From NCBI GenBank assembly GCA_002269645.1, contig NIVC01001780.1, forward strand, positions 62,001 to 126,000: 64,000 nucleotides of DNA. The letters are read 5' to 3'. The notes beneath the pieces are model-generated. The model saw nothing but the letters and a program-made list of their open reading frames with translations. It was not told where the DNA came from and did not search any database. This document shows, in pieces, positions 25,578-40,367 of this stretch. Numbering within the stretch: the stretch's first letter is position 1; every line of letters begins with the position of its first letter. Both the position numbers and the translations under genes were made by a program. Source of the DNA: Macrostomum lignano (Eukaryota).

Positions 25578-25937
25578 GGGGGGCCGTAGCCCAGCGGTCT
25601 AGCGCAGGCTCTGGTGTGCCAGCGACCCAGGCTCGATTCCAAGTGCAGCCACATTAATTTGGGGCTGAATTGGAATCTCGGCTTGGCTCTGCTCGTGCAA
25701 TTAACGGCCTTGAGAGCCAACCCCCCAAGGCGCAGTGAAGTATACATGCCTAACAATTAATAAAGTTAGGGCCGCTGTACACTCCTGTGTGAGTGTGTGC
25801 CTGCGTACGTTTCCGCGCGCTTGTATGCCTGCTCAGGGGAGTCGGCGGAATGGGCAGTAATGCCTCTCGCCGGTTGTGTGCCTATGTCGCTTAAAGTGCG
25901 CCAGGGTGCACACAACCCCCTGCCTATAATAAAAAAA
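25578..25937 (+). mobile_element. tRNA-derived SINE (His-like head), about 360 bp, with A-tail and 50-bp direct flanking repeat
   Basis: A box tagcccagcgg, B-box-like ggctcgattcc, 3' end ataataaaaaaa; 25516-25565 is identical to 25935-25984. Confidence 0.88.
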
Positions 25938-26783
25938 GTTGACGCTTGATTTTCTTATATTTCTACTTTAAGTAGCTTAAATAGTGAGAATTCTATTTTT
26001 TATTTAAACTAGGATAAAGAGAAGAGAGAAGTCTGATCGAAGAGACAAAAACCTTGGGTTGCTTTTGTGAAGTTCAAAAGACCCGATGGCCGGATAGAGA
26101 GGCTTTGCGGGCCGGAGTTTTCCCGAAACCCTGGTTTTAATCTTTGTCTCAAAAAAGTCTCGATATGTTATCACGGATTTCTAAATTACAAATTATGCTT
26201 AATTGAAATTCAGAACTTTACGTTGGAAGTGTAACCCCCGGTAATCAGTCAACATTATCTGCGGTTAAATTAACTGCATATTTTATAGTTACGTCATCGT
26301 GAATAGAATTTCAACAATAACGGATTTCGGTGTGCCTCGCTTTTAGTGTCAGTTTTACGACATCAAGCGCTTAACGCCATTTACTTAATTGTAAATTCTT
26401 GGCCTGCCTTTTGTGCTGAAGATCTGGTAATTTCCTGAAGCAACTGACTTGATGAAGTTCCAGCCTAAGCTATGCTGGGAGCTCCCCGCTACTTAACAGC
26501 AGATGATGAAGAAGTGAGAAATCTGAGTTGGTTGGAGGCTTTATAAAAGCCCTAATCTTGCGCCGGTTTTAATTCTGGCTAGGCAACGCTTCTAATATCC
26601 ATTTTAACTACGAGGTCAAATTTAATGTGTGTCCTGAGCTCTTACGAGTATGTCAAATCTCTTGAACTGATTTTGAGGCTTTGAATTCTTCAAGTCGGAG
26701 AAATATTCCGCTTCGAATTTCATGGGGTCACTACCGACTGCTCATCCAGGTGCTCAGCTCGCTGTCATGTCACTGACGACAAC

Positions 26784-27480
26784 CAAGAGACGGGGGGGGG
26801 GCGCCCACTAAGAGACAGGGCTCTCACCAAGAGACAGGGGCGCCCATTAAGAGACAGGGACACCCACCAAGAGACAGGGGCGCCCACCAAAAGACAGGGG
26901 CGGCCACCAAAAGACAGGCGCCTACCAAGAGACAGGGGCGCCCACCTAGAGACAGGGGCGCCCACCAAAAGACAGGCGCCCACAAAAAGACAGGCGCCTT
27001 GCAAGAGACAGGGGCGCCCACCAAGAGTCAGGGGCGCCCACCAAGAGACAGGGACGCCCACCAAGAGACAGGGGCGCCCACCAAGAGACAGGGGCGCCCA
27101 CCAAAAGACAGGGGCACCCACCAAGAGACAGGGGCATCCACCAAGAGTCAGGGGCACCCACCAAGAGACAGGGGTGCCCACCAAAAGACAGGGGCACCCA
27201 CCAAGAGACAGGGGCATCCACCAAGAGTCAGGGGCACCCACCAAGAGACAGGGGCGCCCACCAAAAGACAGGGGCACCCACCAAGAGACAGGGGCATCCA
27301 CCAAGAGTCAGGGGCACCCACCAAGAGACAGGGGCATCCACCAAGAGACAGACGCGCGCCTACCAAGAGACAGGGGCGCCCACCAAAAGACAGGCGCCTA
27401 TCAAGAGACAGGGGCGCCCACCAAGACACAGGGGCGCCCACCAAAAGTCAGTGGCGCCCAGCAAGAGCCAGGGACGCCCT
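26784..27480. repeat. 20-bp GGCGCC-core minisatellite (caagagacaggggcgcccac)
   Basis: Direct reading. Confidence 0.96.
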
Positions 27481-28277
27481 CCAAAAGACCCCACCAAGAG
27501 GCACCGGACGCCCTGACATACATAGGCGTCATAATGATTAAAAATATGAACAAAACGATACGATCCCGCCCGAGAAAATGATCGTCAATTATAAAACCAT
27601 GGCTATAAAGCTGAGCCTACAGCAGAAACACAGTTTCACTTGGAAGACAATATCTAAGCTACATGTATATCCTACGATGATTAAGACTTGAGGGGGATCC
27701 CAGCTAAAGCTGCAGTTTGTTTGTCTACTCAGCTTGAAGCCGCTGGGCGCGTCGCTATAGTAGCTTCATCAATCAACAATTACGAAAAAAAGAATCCGAA
27801 CTGGTCGGACAACATGTGACGCTAGTGCAGTCATTTTGTTTCGGGTTTTGGGATCCTTAATGATCCTGCCTTGTAATTATTCATACTTGTGCCCCGCCGT
27901 ATTAAGCGAAGAAAAGAAAGATTCGCTTTTCACTTCCTACCACAACACAACTGGTCGAGTAATTGGGGGTCTGGGGGGTTGGGGTGGGGAAGTAAAAAAA
28001 ACAAGAAAGCCGCCCGAATGAATGACAATGACCCCGGGCCGACTGTCTCTGTGTGCACAGGCGGGATTGGTGCAAATGTTATGGCTGTGGGGCTTCTATG
28101 TATCTATCTCTTGTGCCTTGCGACTCCTGTCGTGTCTGTCTACCAATTTAGTAGTAGGCAGGTTTAACGACTCGTTTTAATTGCTGGGATGCCAATTTTT
28201 TGTTTCCTCAGTTTTGCCTGTTGTCGAGATTTGCTTGGTCTAAAATCTGAATGTTGAACTAGCACCCGGATTTAAAA

Positions 28278-28935
28278 TGTGGCGCCAATAGCACCCAGAT
28301 TGTGGTGCCATTAGAATCCAACTTGTGGCGCCATCAGGATTTTAACTGTGGCGCCATTAGCATCCAAATTGTGGCGCCATTAGCATCTACCTAAGATTGT
28401 GGCGCCATTAGCATCTACCTAAGATTGTGGCGCCATTAGCATATAAAATTGTGGCGCCATTACATCTAAATTGTGGCGCCATTGCATCCAAATTGTGACG
28501 CCATTAGCATCCAAATTGTGACGCCATTAGCATCTACCTAAGATTGTGGCGCCATTAGCATCTACCTAAGATTGTGGCGCCATTAGCATATAAAATTGTG
28601 GCGCCATTACATCTAAATTGTGGCGCCATTGCATCCAAATTGTGACGCCATTAGCATCCAAATTGTGACGCCATTAGCATCCAAATTGTGGCGCCATTAC
28701 CATCCAAATTGTGGCGCCATTAGTCTCCAGATTGTCGCGCCATTAGCACCCAAATTGTCGCGCCAATAATAGACATATTGTGGCGCCATTAACATCCAAA
28801 TAGTGGCGCCATCAGCACCCAAATTGTGGCGCCATTAGCATCCAAATTGTAGCGCCATTTGCATCCAAATTGTGGCGCCATTACCTTCCAAATTGTAGCG
28901 CCATTAGCATGCAAATTGTGGCGCCATTAGCACGT
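28278..28935. repeat. About 23-bp GGCGCC-core minisatellite (ttgtggcgccattagcatccaaa)
   Basis: Direct reading. Confidence 0.96.
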
Positions 28936-29502
28936 GAATCAGGGTCAGTATTTCACACAAAAAACTGCAAGTTAATTCTTGCGTTTCTCCAAACAGCAGG
29001 TGCGCCATTTCTCTGCTCGACAGTGAAACCGTATGAAACAGGATTATGTAATTTTCACTCGCACTTACACTTCGTACTCATTTTTGCTCTGCCCATTGCT
29101 GCTGTTTAAACTTTTTTCTGATCAGCTGCGATATATATATATAGGTGGCCGCCATTCTCAATGCCGCTACAATCGTGACTGGTTTGTTATGAGCGGCTCC
29201 AGACTTGTCAATCACTTTCACTGGCGCTTAAGTTATAAATGTAAAAAAAACTAGAAATTCTAGCAGACGTTTGACCAACTGCTTGCGCTGCGGGGCGGGA
29301 CATGGGATTAGGGTGTTGGGGGGGGATTTCGGAGTTGTTCGCACAGCTGTTCCATTTATACTGTGCGGTGTGACATGAGTAATGATATATAATAAATCCG
29401 CCCTTTGTTTATGCCTAGCCGAAACCCTGATCTCAAGGCCATACTTATAAACTGTTTGAGGAGCGATCCAGGTGAATGACAAACAATGCTATGATGTCAG
29501 AT

Positions 29503-30200
29503 TTGAGGGAGTGTCATTTCACTTGATTGAGTGCCATTTCACTTGAGAGAGTTCCATTTCACTTGAGAGAGTGCCATTTCACTTGAGAGAGTGCCATTTC
29601 ACTTGATTGAGTGCCATTTCACTTGATTGAGTGCCATTTCACTTGATGGAGTGCCATTTCACTTGCTGGAGTTCCATTTTACTCGATGGAGTGCCATTTC
29701 AATTGATGGAGTGCCATTTCAATTGATGGAGTGCCATTTCACTTGATGGAGTGCCATTTCAATTGATGGAGTGCCATTTCACTTGATGGAGTGCCATTTC
29801 ACTTGATGGAGTGCCATTTCACTTGATGGAGTGCCATTTCACTTGATGGAGTGCCATTTTACTTGATGGAGTGCCATTTCACTTGATGGAGTGCCATTTC
29901 ACTTGATGGAGTGCCATTTCACTTGATGGAGTGCCATTTCACTTGATGGAGTGCCATTTCAATTGATGGAGTGCCATTTCACTTGATGGAGTGCCATTTC
30001 ACTTGATGGAGTGCCATTTCACTTGATGGAGTGCCATTTCACTTGATGGAGTGCCATTTCACTTGATGGAGTGCCATTTCACTTGATGGAGTGCCATTTC
30101 AATTGATGGAGTGCCATTTCACTTGATGGAGTGCCATTTCACTTGATGGAGTGCCATTTTACTTGATAGAGTGCCATTTTACTTGATGGAGTGCCATTTC
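29503..30200. repeat. 20-bp minisatellite (ggagtgccatttcacttgat), about 34 units
   Basis: Strict 20-bp register; about 15/20 identical to the 57.7-kb GGCGCC unit. Confidence 0.97.
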
Positions 30201-30644
30201 ATCTCTCATATCGTCAGTAAATTCTGTGACTGGGGAGAGAGAGACCAAACGGGCAGCATCATGAGCTGCATAGAGGCTGAATCTCACCACACAAAGTGTC
30301 ACTCAATGCCCTTAATGCGCAGTTTACCTGTCTTTCAACTACAAAAAACAATAATTGAGTAGGTGAATTGTTGGATCTAGAACTTGGGGGTGGGGGAACA
30401 ATACACTCTCAGCCAGATGGTTGAAGCCCTCTGAAATATTTGCTCGCTAAACCTGGTTAGTTGTAAACAGCAACTCGACATTGTCCATCAATTTTTGCTT
30501 GTAGGGGCCGGCGTTAATTGCTCTAATGCGTCCCCTGTTGCAGATTGGTGTGAAAAAATATTATGTATCATCACCTGAAATATAACTTGTTATCTACTTA
30601 CTTCTGACCATTTTTTATCTGCGCATCTCTACGTGTAGATCTCA

Positions 30645-31200
30645 TCCTACTGCTCATCCATCTACTGTAGATCTCATCCTACTGCTCATCCATCTACTGT
30701 AGATCTCATCCTACTGCTCATCCATCTACTGTAGATCTCATCCTACTGCTCATCCATCTACTGTAGATCTCATCCTACTGCTCATCCATCTACTGTAGAT
30801 CTCATCCTACTGCTCATCCATCTACTGTAGATCTCATCCTACTGCTCATCCATCTACTGTAGATCTCATCCTACTGCTCATCCATCTACTGTAGATCTCA
30901 TCCTACTGCTCATCCATCTACTGTAGATCTCATCCTACTGCTCATCCATCTACTGTAGATCTCATCCTACTGCTCATCCATCTACTGTAGATCTCATCCT
31001 ACTGCTCATCCATCTACTGTAGATCTCAACCTACTTATCTCTCTCTCTTGTAGATCTCACCCAACTTTTATCTCACCCCTAGAGATCTCACCCTACTTCT
31101 TATCTCTTCCCTGTAGATCTAAACCTACTTCTCATCTTTCCCCTGGAGATCTCACCCTTACTTCTCATCTCTCTGTTTTAGATCCCACCCTACTTTTATC
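30645..31200. repeat. 32-bp array (tagatctcatcctactgctcatccatctactg), about 12 perfect units plus degenerate tail
   Basis: Period 32 (30668 to 30700). Confidence 0.97.
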
Positions 31201-31914
31201 CTCCCACCTAAAAAACTAGAATTTCATTATTCACCACAGTAGTGGTTTATAGAATCTCTTGAGTCGGGCGATCCCTTCAGTACGAACTCAGCAAGTCCAT
31301 CTGTACCGGGCGAGTCAGACTTGCAGTTTCCCAATTTCCTGTCGACTTTTCCTGCTTCTTTTTTTGTCGAAATTTTCTTCAAATCTTTCGCGCTGAAGTG
31401 AAACAGACACAGCTGGGAGCAGAGAGGTTGGAGACTGCTCAAAGCTAAACCCGCGCCATCTCAAGGCGCGATGATTCTGCGTTGGCCTTTTAATCAGTCG
31501 CAGAGGATCAGAGCAGCAATCCCCCCCCCCTGCGCGCGCTCCAGATCCCCAGATCTGTCGTCATCCGGTTGATTAGCTTGGCCACGCTGCCGCTACAGAA
31601 TCTCGGGCATCTCAGGATTAACTCGAATGGAATTAGGAGATAATACCCTGTGTGTGTGTAGCTTCGCATGCAGCTATCTATAGGAATTCCGAGAGCTCGG
31701 AGTAGAGGCTCAAACTCTCGCGCGTGTGACCGGGTGTGAAATTCGCCACACTTCCGCTGTACCAGTCCCATCCGTTATGCACACCTATCACTGTAGATAT
31801 CTTGTCGTTATTATAGTATTTAGACTATACTGCTATAGTAATGCATATTATGAGACTAGCTAATGCTCAATATTAATATGCAGTACAGCCTACTGAGGTC
31901 TGTAATGTGGCTCT

Positions 31915-34160
31915 TTCCCTCTGTCCCAGTATCTCACTCCCAGTCTCATTATCTCACTACCAGTCTCATTATCTCATTCCCAGTCTCAGTATCTCACTCC
32001 CAGTCTCGGTATCTCACTCCCAGTCTCAGTATCTCACTCCCAGTCTCAGTATCTCAATCCCAGTCTCAGTTTCTCACTCCCAGTCTCAGTATCTCATTTT
32101 CAGTTCCAGTATCTCAATCCCAGTCTCAGTTTCTCACTCCCAGTCTTAGTATCTCACTCCCAGTCTCATTATCTCACTCCCAGTCTCAGTATCTCACTTT
32201 CAATCTCATTATCTCATTTTCAGTTCCAGTATCTCATTCCCAGTCTCAGTATCTCACTCCCAGTCTCAGTATCTCCCTCTTAGTCTTACTATCTCACTCC
32301 CAGTCTCAGTATCTCACTCCCAGTCTCATTATCTCACTCCCAGTCTCGGTATCTCACTCCCAGTCTCAGTATCTCGCTCCCAGTCTCATTATCTCACTCC
32401 CAGTCTCAGTATCTCACTCCCAGTATCGGTATCTCACTCCCAGTCTCAGTTTCTCACTCCCAGTCTCATTATCTCACTCCCAGTCTCAGTATCTCACTCC
32501 CAGTCTCATTATCTCACTCCCAGTCTCATTATCTCACTCCCAGTCTCAGTATCTCACTTTCAATCTCATTATCTCATTTTCAGTTCCAGTATCTCATTCC
32601 CAGTCTCAGTATCTCACTTTCAATCTCATTATCTCATTTTCAGTTCCAGTATCTCATTCCCAGTCTCAGTATCTCACTCCCAGTCTCAGTATCTCCCTCT
32701 TAGTCTTACTATCTCACTCCCAGTCTCAGTATCTCACTCCCAGTCTCATTATCTCACTCCCAGTCTCAGTATCTCACTCCCAGTCTCATTATCTCACTCC
32801 CAGTCTCAGTATCTCACTTTCAATCTCATTATCTCATTTTCAGTTCCAGTATCTCATTCCCAGTCTCAGTATCTCACTTTCAATCTCATTATCTCATTTT
32901 CAGTTCCAGTATCTCATTCCCAGTCTCAGTATCTCACTCCCAGTCTCAGTATCTCCCTCTTAGTCTTACTATCTCACTCCCAGTCTCAGTATCTCATTTT
33001 CAGTTCCAGTATCTCAATCCCAGTCTCAGTTTCTCACTCCCAGTCTTAGTATCTCACTCCCAGTCTCAGTATCTCACTCCCAGTCTCATTATCTCACTCC
33101 CAGTCTCAGTATCTCACTCCCAGTATCGGTATCTCACTCCCAGTCTCAGTATCTCACTCCCAGTCTCATTATCTCACTCCCAGTCTCAGTATCTCACTCC
33201 CAGTCTCATTATCTCACTCCCAGTCTCATTATCTCACTCCCAGTCTCAGTATCTCACTTTCAATCTCATTATCTCATTTTCAGTTCCAGTATCTCATTCC
33301 CAGTCTCAGTATCTCACTTTCAATCTCATTATCTCATTTTCAGTTCCAGTATCTCATTCCCAGTCTCAGTATCTCACTCCCAGTCTCAGTATCTCCCTCT
33401 TAGTCTTACTATCTCACTCCCAGTCTCAGTATCTCACTCCCAGTCTCATTATCTCATTTTCAGTTCCAGTATCTCATTCCCAGTCTCAGTATCTCAATCC
33501 CAGTCTCAGTTTCTCACTCCCAGTCTCAGTATCTCATTTTCAGTTCCAGTATCTCAATCCCAGTCTCAGTTTCTCACTCCCAGTCTTAGTATCTCACTCC
33601 CAGTCTCATTTTCTCACTCCCAGTCTCATTATCTCACTCCCAGTCTCAGTATCTCACTTTCAATCTCATTATCTCATTTTCAGTTCCAGTATCTCATTCC
33701 CAGTCTCAGTATCTCACTTTCAATCTCATTATCTCATTTTCAGTTCCAGTATCTCATTCCCAGTCTCAGTATCTCACTCCCAGTCTCAGTATCTCCCTCT
33801 TAGTCTTACTATCTCACTCCCAGTCTCAGTATCTCACTTTCAATCTCATTATCTCATTCCCAGTCTTACTATGTCACTCCCAGACTCAATATCTCACTCG
33901 CAGTCTCAGTATCTCATTTTCAGTTGCAGTATCTCACTCGCAGTCTCAGTATCTCATTTTCAGTTGCAGTATCTCACTCGCAGTCTCAGTATCTCATTTT
34001 CAGTTGCAGTATCTCACTCCCAGTCTCAGTATCTCATTTTCAGTTCCAATATCTCAATCCCAGTCTAAGTTTCTCACTCCCAGTCTCAGTATCTCAACTC
34101 TCAGTCTCAGTATCTCACTTCCAGACTCAATATCTAACTCACAGTCCTAGTATCCCACTC
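31915..34160. repeat. 10/20-bp minisatellite (atctcactcccagtctcagt), about 110 units with higher-order blocks
   Basis: Holds a 10-bp register over more than 2 kb. Confidence 0.98.
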
Positions 34161-34819
34161 TCAGCTTCAGTAGTTAGTCCAGTAAATGTTTTCAAAATGA
34201 AAATTAAATAATAAAACTACAGTTTGTATCCATTGTCCAAGTCAGCGCAGCAACAACCCGTGAAGGAGAGAGAGAGAGAAGCACACATGAATTCACATCC
34301 ACAAAGTCACTGAACTGGAAAACGAAGTCGCAACCCGCTAAGCCTATCTTATCTGTAATAATAATAAAAATGTGTCTCAAATGACACCCAGCTCACTTGT
34401 TCAGCACGCCGTCCCAGTTCTCAGTCCATGGCAGGCAACAGGCAAAGGGCGTCAGACTATACAGTTGCTTGGCCATAAAAATCGTAACAGCTTCTTCTTA
34501 GTTTCAGGTAGACTACCTCTCGCTCACACACAACATTTAGCTGTATATGACAAACTTGTTGCTCAAAAATCGCACCTTTCTGTCTGGAGTTGCAGTGCGC
34601 GTTTGACAATTAAATTTTATTACTTTTGTTGTTTAGGCATTTAATTATACTTTGGTCTTGGCTGAGTTGCCGTGGCATGTTTTGTACTCGTTTGTGTTTG
34701 TTGTAAAACTTTTCTTGAAATTTTGCTTTTTCATAAAGTAGCTGTCTATAGTGCATGCACACTGTGGATGGATGCCAGAAAGGTTTCTTTGGATGTCAGA
34801 CGTGCCAGTTTAAATGTTA

Positions 34820-35420
34820 GGGGCGCAAAATCCAAATTACAGTGTCAGTGGCGCCGAATCTAACTTGGTTATCAGGTGGCGCCAAATCCATAGCTGGTTG
34901 TCAGGTGGCGCCAAATCCAAAGCTGGTTGTCAGGTGGCGCCAAATCTAAATTGGGTTGTCAGTGGTGCCAAATCCAAATTGTGATGTCAGTGGCGCCGAA
35001 TTCAAACTGTGCTGTCAGTGGCGCCGAATTCAAACTGTGCTGTCAGTGGCGCCAAATCCAACTTGGAGTGTCAGTGGCGCCGAATCTAACTTGGTTGTCA
35101 GGTGGCGCCAAATCCAAAGCTGGTTGTCAGGTGGCGCCAAATCCAAAGCTGGTTGTCAGGTGGCGCCAAATCCAACTTGTTTGTCAGTGGCACCAAATCC
35201 AAAGCTGGTTGTCAGGTGGCGCCAAATCCAAAGCTGGTTGTCAGGTGGCGCCAAATCCAAATAGTGATGTCAGTGGCGCCGAATTCAAATTGTGATGTCA
35301 GTGGCGCCAAATCCAGATTGAGTTGTCAGTGGCGCCAAATCCAACTGAAATGTCAGTGGCGCCAAATCCAACTTTTTTTTAAGTGACGCCAAATCCAACT
35401 GAGATTTAAGTGGCGCCAAT
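34820..35420. repeat. 22-29-bp GGCGCC-core minisatellite (gtcagtggcgccaaatccaa...)
   Basis: Direct reading. Confidence 0.95.
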
Positions 35421-37354
35421 TCCAATATTTTCGGTGCCCAATAGTTAGGAATTAAAATGAAATTAAAGAAATGGATAATTTTTAGCAATTCTATGAAAGC
35501 AACGGTTTGAAATGATTCGTACGCCGTCAAATGAAAGAAAAGCGACATGCCGTGTCACGGGAACGAAAAATCACAATTGAGTTTTTTATTCGCTCAAAGA
35601 TCAAGCTTAAGATAAGGAGGAGAGTGGGGAGATCATTTTTTGAAGCAAAAAGAAAATCCCAGCCCATATGGCCCCCTGCAGACAGGGAGAGTCAGTTTAA
35701 GCTCAAGAAATTAAAAGCAATGATTTTCTCTTGACCGCTGGCTACCTGCAGGAGTGACGCAATCGCGGGCGCAGTTTCCGTGTTTCGGTTTTTTTCAAAG
35801 TCTTCTTTTTTCTATAAAAAAAGAACCCCGGCTTTTGTTATAATAGACGAAGCAGAGAAATGAAATTTGAGACATTGAGTTCTGTGCGGCGCACGCTACC
35901 GCTTAAAATGTTATTATGTAATCTATATATACTGTATGTATAGCTCAACATATACTCGTATTTTATTTTGCCAATACTGGCATGGCTTGTTGCGCTAAGT
36001 ATTGGTGACTCTCGGACGATATAAGCTCCTCTATTGCTTTTGGCTTACAAGATTTCAGTCCCCTGATTAGCTTTGGTTCTTTGGAAAGGATTTTTTCTCT
36101 AAATGCTGAATTTGGCTGGGGCTTGCGGTCAAGGAGACCCACAGAGATATAGAGAGACTGGACCAGTTCAGGCTGACCTCAAGTTTTCATACACAAAATT
36201 ACGAGTGCCACCTCAAACGTAACACATTTGTGTATGAGTAGTTGGGATGCTTGGGAATTTAGTGCTCAAACCCCCCCCGAACTTCTCAAACTTCAGAATT
36301 GGAGCCAAGCCAAAAAGTTGTCTGCATTTCTGAGGATTTAAGGCAAGAGCTGGCGAACCAAGTTGCTGGCTCTGGGCCTCCTTGGCGGCATGGATGACCC
36401 CACACTGACTCAGGGGGGGGGAAGGGGGCTGAGCAAATTAATAGAAAATCTCTGTAAGCCCCGGCTTTGTTGCCCCCAACAAAACGAAGTCTAAAGAAAT
36501 CCGACAGATCACGGAAAGCGTTGCATTGCGGACAAGAAAATTGTGATTGTCGGATATCCGCTTCGTTTTTCGTGCACGGACCGCTAGAGACTTGGAATAG
36601 AAGCCAACAAATTATCTGTACAAGATTCCCCATTTCAACTGTATCGAGGGCTCAATTTAAGCATTTTGTCTTTGAGAATTTCGGTAACGTTGCGATTTTT
36701 TCAAATTCACTAAGATTTGAATCATTTAGAAAATTTTAATTGATACTTAAATTATTTAGATATTTGAGTAATTTATTCAGAATTTATTCAGCTTTTGAAC
36801 GACTTCTTAGTTTAAAAAATGAGCATACCGTTTTGAAATTATGTTAAACAAAGTGAAGGCACTCTACTCAATTTGACTATCTTCCTGTGCATAAGACTCA
36901 TCCGGACTGATCAGAGATGAGCCCTGTTGATAAATTTGATCAGCTTCCACTTGTTCAACTACAAAATTTAAGATTGACAGTTTGAGATAAGCACCGGAAA
37001 ACACGCTGGATGAAGTTTTTTGGATAAACCTATAGATGGGCATTTATATGGAAGTTTTGCAGGGAAAGTTTAATTAGAGCCAAACCAGCCGCAGAACAAA
37101 GACTCTCTGTGGAGAAGCTTGCTTTTCCTTAGACCGCCACCTGGACCACCTGTTGCTCTTGGCTTTATTCGTAGTCTGCGATATTTTCTACATGCCAAAA
37201 ATGTCGGTTGATGCAAGTCAGCTGCCTTCATTCAAAACTCGTATAGAGGTTGAGGCTGGGAAGATGGAAAGGGATATGACGTAAGAGCCTTTTTGGCACT
37301 AATTAGCACAGCAATTATTCCGTGACTAAATCCCCACGGCTACACTGGGGTGGC

Positions 37355-37985
37355 CTCTTGACTCCCAATCTTGGCGCCCCATAACTTTGAATATGGTGGG
37401 CGCCCCTTGACTCTGAATGTTAGCGCCCCTTGACTCTGGATGTTGGCGCCACTTAACTCTAGATGTTAGCGCCCCTTGACTCTAGATGTTAGCGCCACTT
37501 AACTCTAGATGTTAGCGTCCCTTGACTCTGGATGCTGGCGCCCCTTGTCTTTAGATGTTGGCGCCACTTGACTCTGAATATTGGCGCCACTTGACTCTGA
37601 ATATTGGCGCCACTTGACTCTGAATATTGGCGCCACTTGACTCTGAATATTGGCGCCACTTGACTCTAGATATTGGCGCCACTTGACTCTGAATATTGGC
37701 GCCACTTGACTCTGAATATTGGCGCCACTTGACTCTGAATGTTGGCGCTACTTGGCTCTGAATACTGGCGCTACTTGACTCTGAATAATGGCGCCCCTTG
37801 TCTCTGAATACTGGGTCCGCTTGACTCTGAATACTGGCGCCACTTGACTCTGAATACTGGCGCCACTTGACTCTGAATACTGGCGCCACTTGACTCTGAA
37901 TACTGGCGCCACTTGACTCTGAATACTGGCGCCACTTGACTCTGAATGTTGGCGCCACTTGACTCTGAATATTGACGCCCCGTTG
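37355..37985. repeat. 23-bp GGCGCC-core minisatellite (ttggcgccacttgactctgaata)
   Basis: Period 23 (37561 to 37584). Confidence 0.96.
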
Positions 37986-38471
37986 ACTTCTCGCAGCTAA
38001 AATGAAACCAAAGCAGACAGTCTCGCATCATGGTTAGCTAGCGGCCACTTTCACCGAGGAACAAAGGAAAAGAAAGTTTTTTTATTGCTCGCATTGGTTA
38101 TCAGCATCTAGCCGCTGGTGCAGGGTCCAGTCAGGGGGCAGGGGGTATGGCCAGAGGCTGCAATGCAAAGGAAAAAATGGAAAGAAGGTTGCAGCAAGCA
38201 GCCTTTAATTCCCAATGACCAGCCTCTATTATGGCTTCTACGGTTGCTCCCGCAGGGGGTCACTATATTATTATATATATATATATAATTTCTTCTGTGC
38301 CTCATAATTTGCTTTTTCTGTATCCATGGATAGCAAAATCCGCAGATTTTGGCTGTGTTTATTGTTATATCATATTGTGCCACTGTGATATTATTGCACA
38401 GGTATTGGTACAGTCTGTGCGGATGATATATGCCATGCCTGATCGCTTTGTGCCCCGTTTTTAATCCAGAG

Positions 38472-39016
38472 AAGGCGCCTCTCATACCCAAGAAATGGCG
38501 TCTCTCGTATATGAGAAATGGCGCCTCTCATATCCCAGAAATGGCGCCTCTCATACCTGATAAATAGCGCCTCTAGTACCTTAAAATGGCGCCTCTCATA
38601 CCTGTGAAATAGCGCCTCTCGTATATGAGAAATGGCGCTTCTCATATCCCAGAAATGGCGCCTCTCATAACCTGAGAAATAGCGCCTCTCGTACCTTAAA
38701 ATGGCGCCTCTCATATCTGACAAACGGCACCTCTCATGCCAAAAAATGGCGCCTCTCATACCTGAGAAATAGCTCCTCTCGTACCTGAGAAATGCGCCTC
38801 TCGTACCTGAAAAATGGCGCTTCTCATATCCCAGAAATGGCGTCTCTTATATCCGAAAAATGGCGCCTCTCATAACCTGAGAAATAGCGCCTCTCATAAC
38901 CTGAAAAATGGCGCCTCTCATAACCTGAGAAATAGCGCCTCTCATAACCTGAAAAATGGCGCCTCTCATCCCTGAGAAATGCGCCTCTTATACTTTGAGA
39001 AAATGGCGCCTCTCAA
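38472..39016. repeat. About 23-24-bp GGCGCC-core minisatellite (gaaatggcgcctctcatacct)
   Basis: Direct reading. Confidence 0.95.
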
Positions 39017-39810
39017 AATCCAATAAAGAATCGCAGTACAGACCACCAATAATCAATCTAAGTCGCTCAAGACAAAACTTTATTTTTTGTTTAACTGCGC
39101 ATAAACGAAGAAGATTAGAATCCCCAAAAATTCTGACTAACCAACCGAAGAATGTGATAATGATTTACAATCATAAATATAAATCTACAGGTCAATCCGT
39201 TGCGAAAACAAAGACAGCAGCTCCAGCTCTTACAAGCGGCTTGGAAACTTTCAAAGGCCAATTATAATTTATGGCTACACTCGAAAACAAAGGGACAGTC
39301 GCGAGAAACGAATGCCAAACGGCTTGTTTACGATTGGGGGGTCAGTGTTTATTATTGCTAATTAAATATTACACCTGCTGATTTACATTTTGATGGCGCT
39401 TTGATCTGTTAATTAGTTTCCAAAGCCAAGGCACGTTCGTGGTTACTTGAAGAGGACACGTCTCGAAGACAAGAAGTCGTTTCTTCCTCAACAGGCCGAC
39501 TGCATGTACTTTTCCTTGTCTGACGTGTCAGGCAAAACTTGTCGCGTAAAACCGGAATGGGAATTATGCAAATCAGGCCCGGCTGTGACTGTTGCTGCTG
39601 TGAGATGCTTATCGATGGTACAGCGATCTGGGGAGGCGCTCGCGGAGGTTGGGAGGTCCTGGTTTGTTGGGAGAGAATCTTGGGCACCGATAATTGGGCA
39701 CTTATCCCGCCTTTGCGAGTAAATCCTTCAAGCGTTGGAGGCCTCTGTGGAGAATTAGCTGGGGAACTGCGGGATCTGAGCTGGGAGCAAGGCAATGGGG
39801 AATTCTACCG

Positions 39811-40367
<557 letters not shown>

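Noticed and set aside
25578-25652. tRNA-His-like gene
   Set aside because: Degenerate anticodon arm and B box, no nearby Pol III terminator, and it continues into a body with A-tail and TSD; it is a SINE head.
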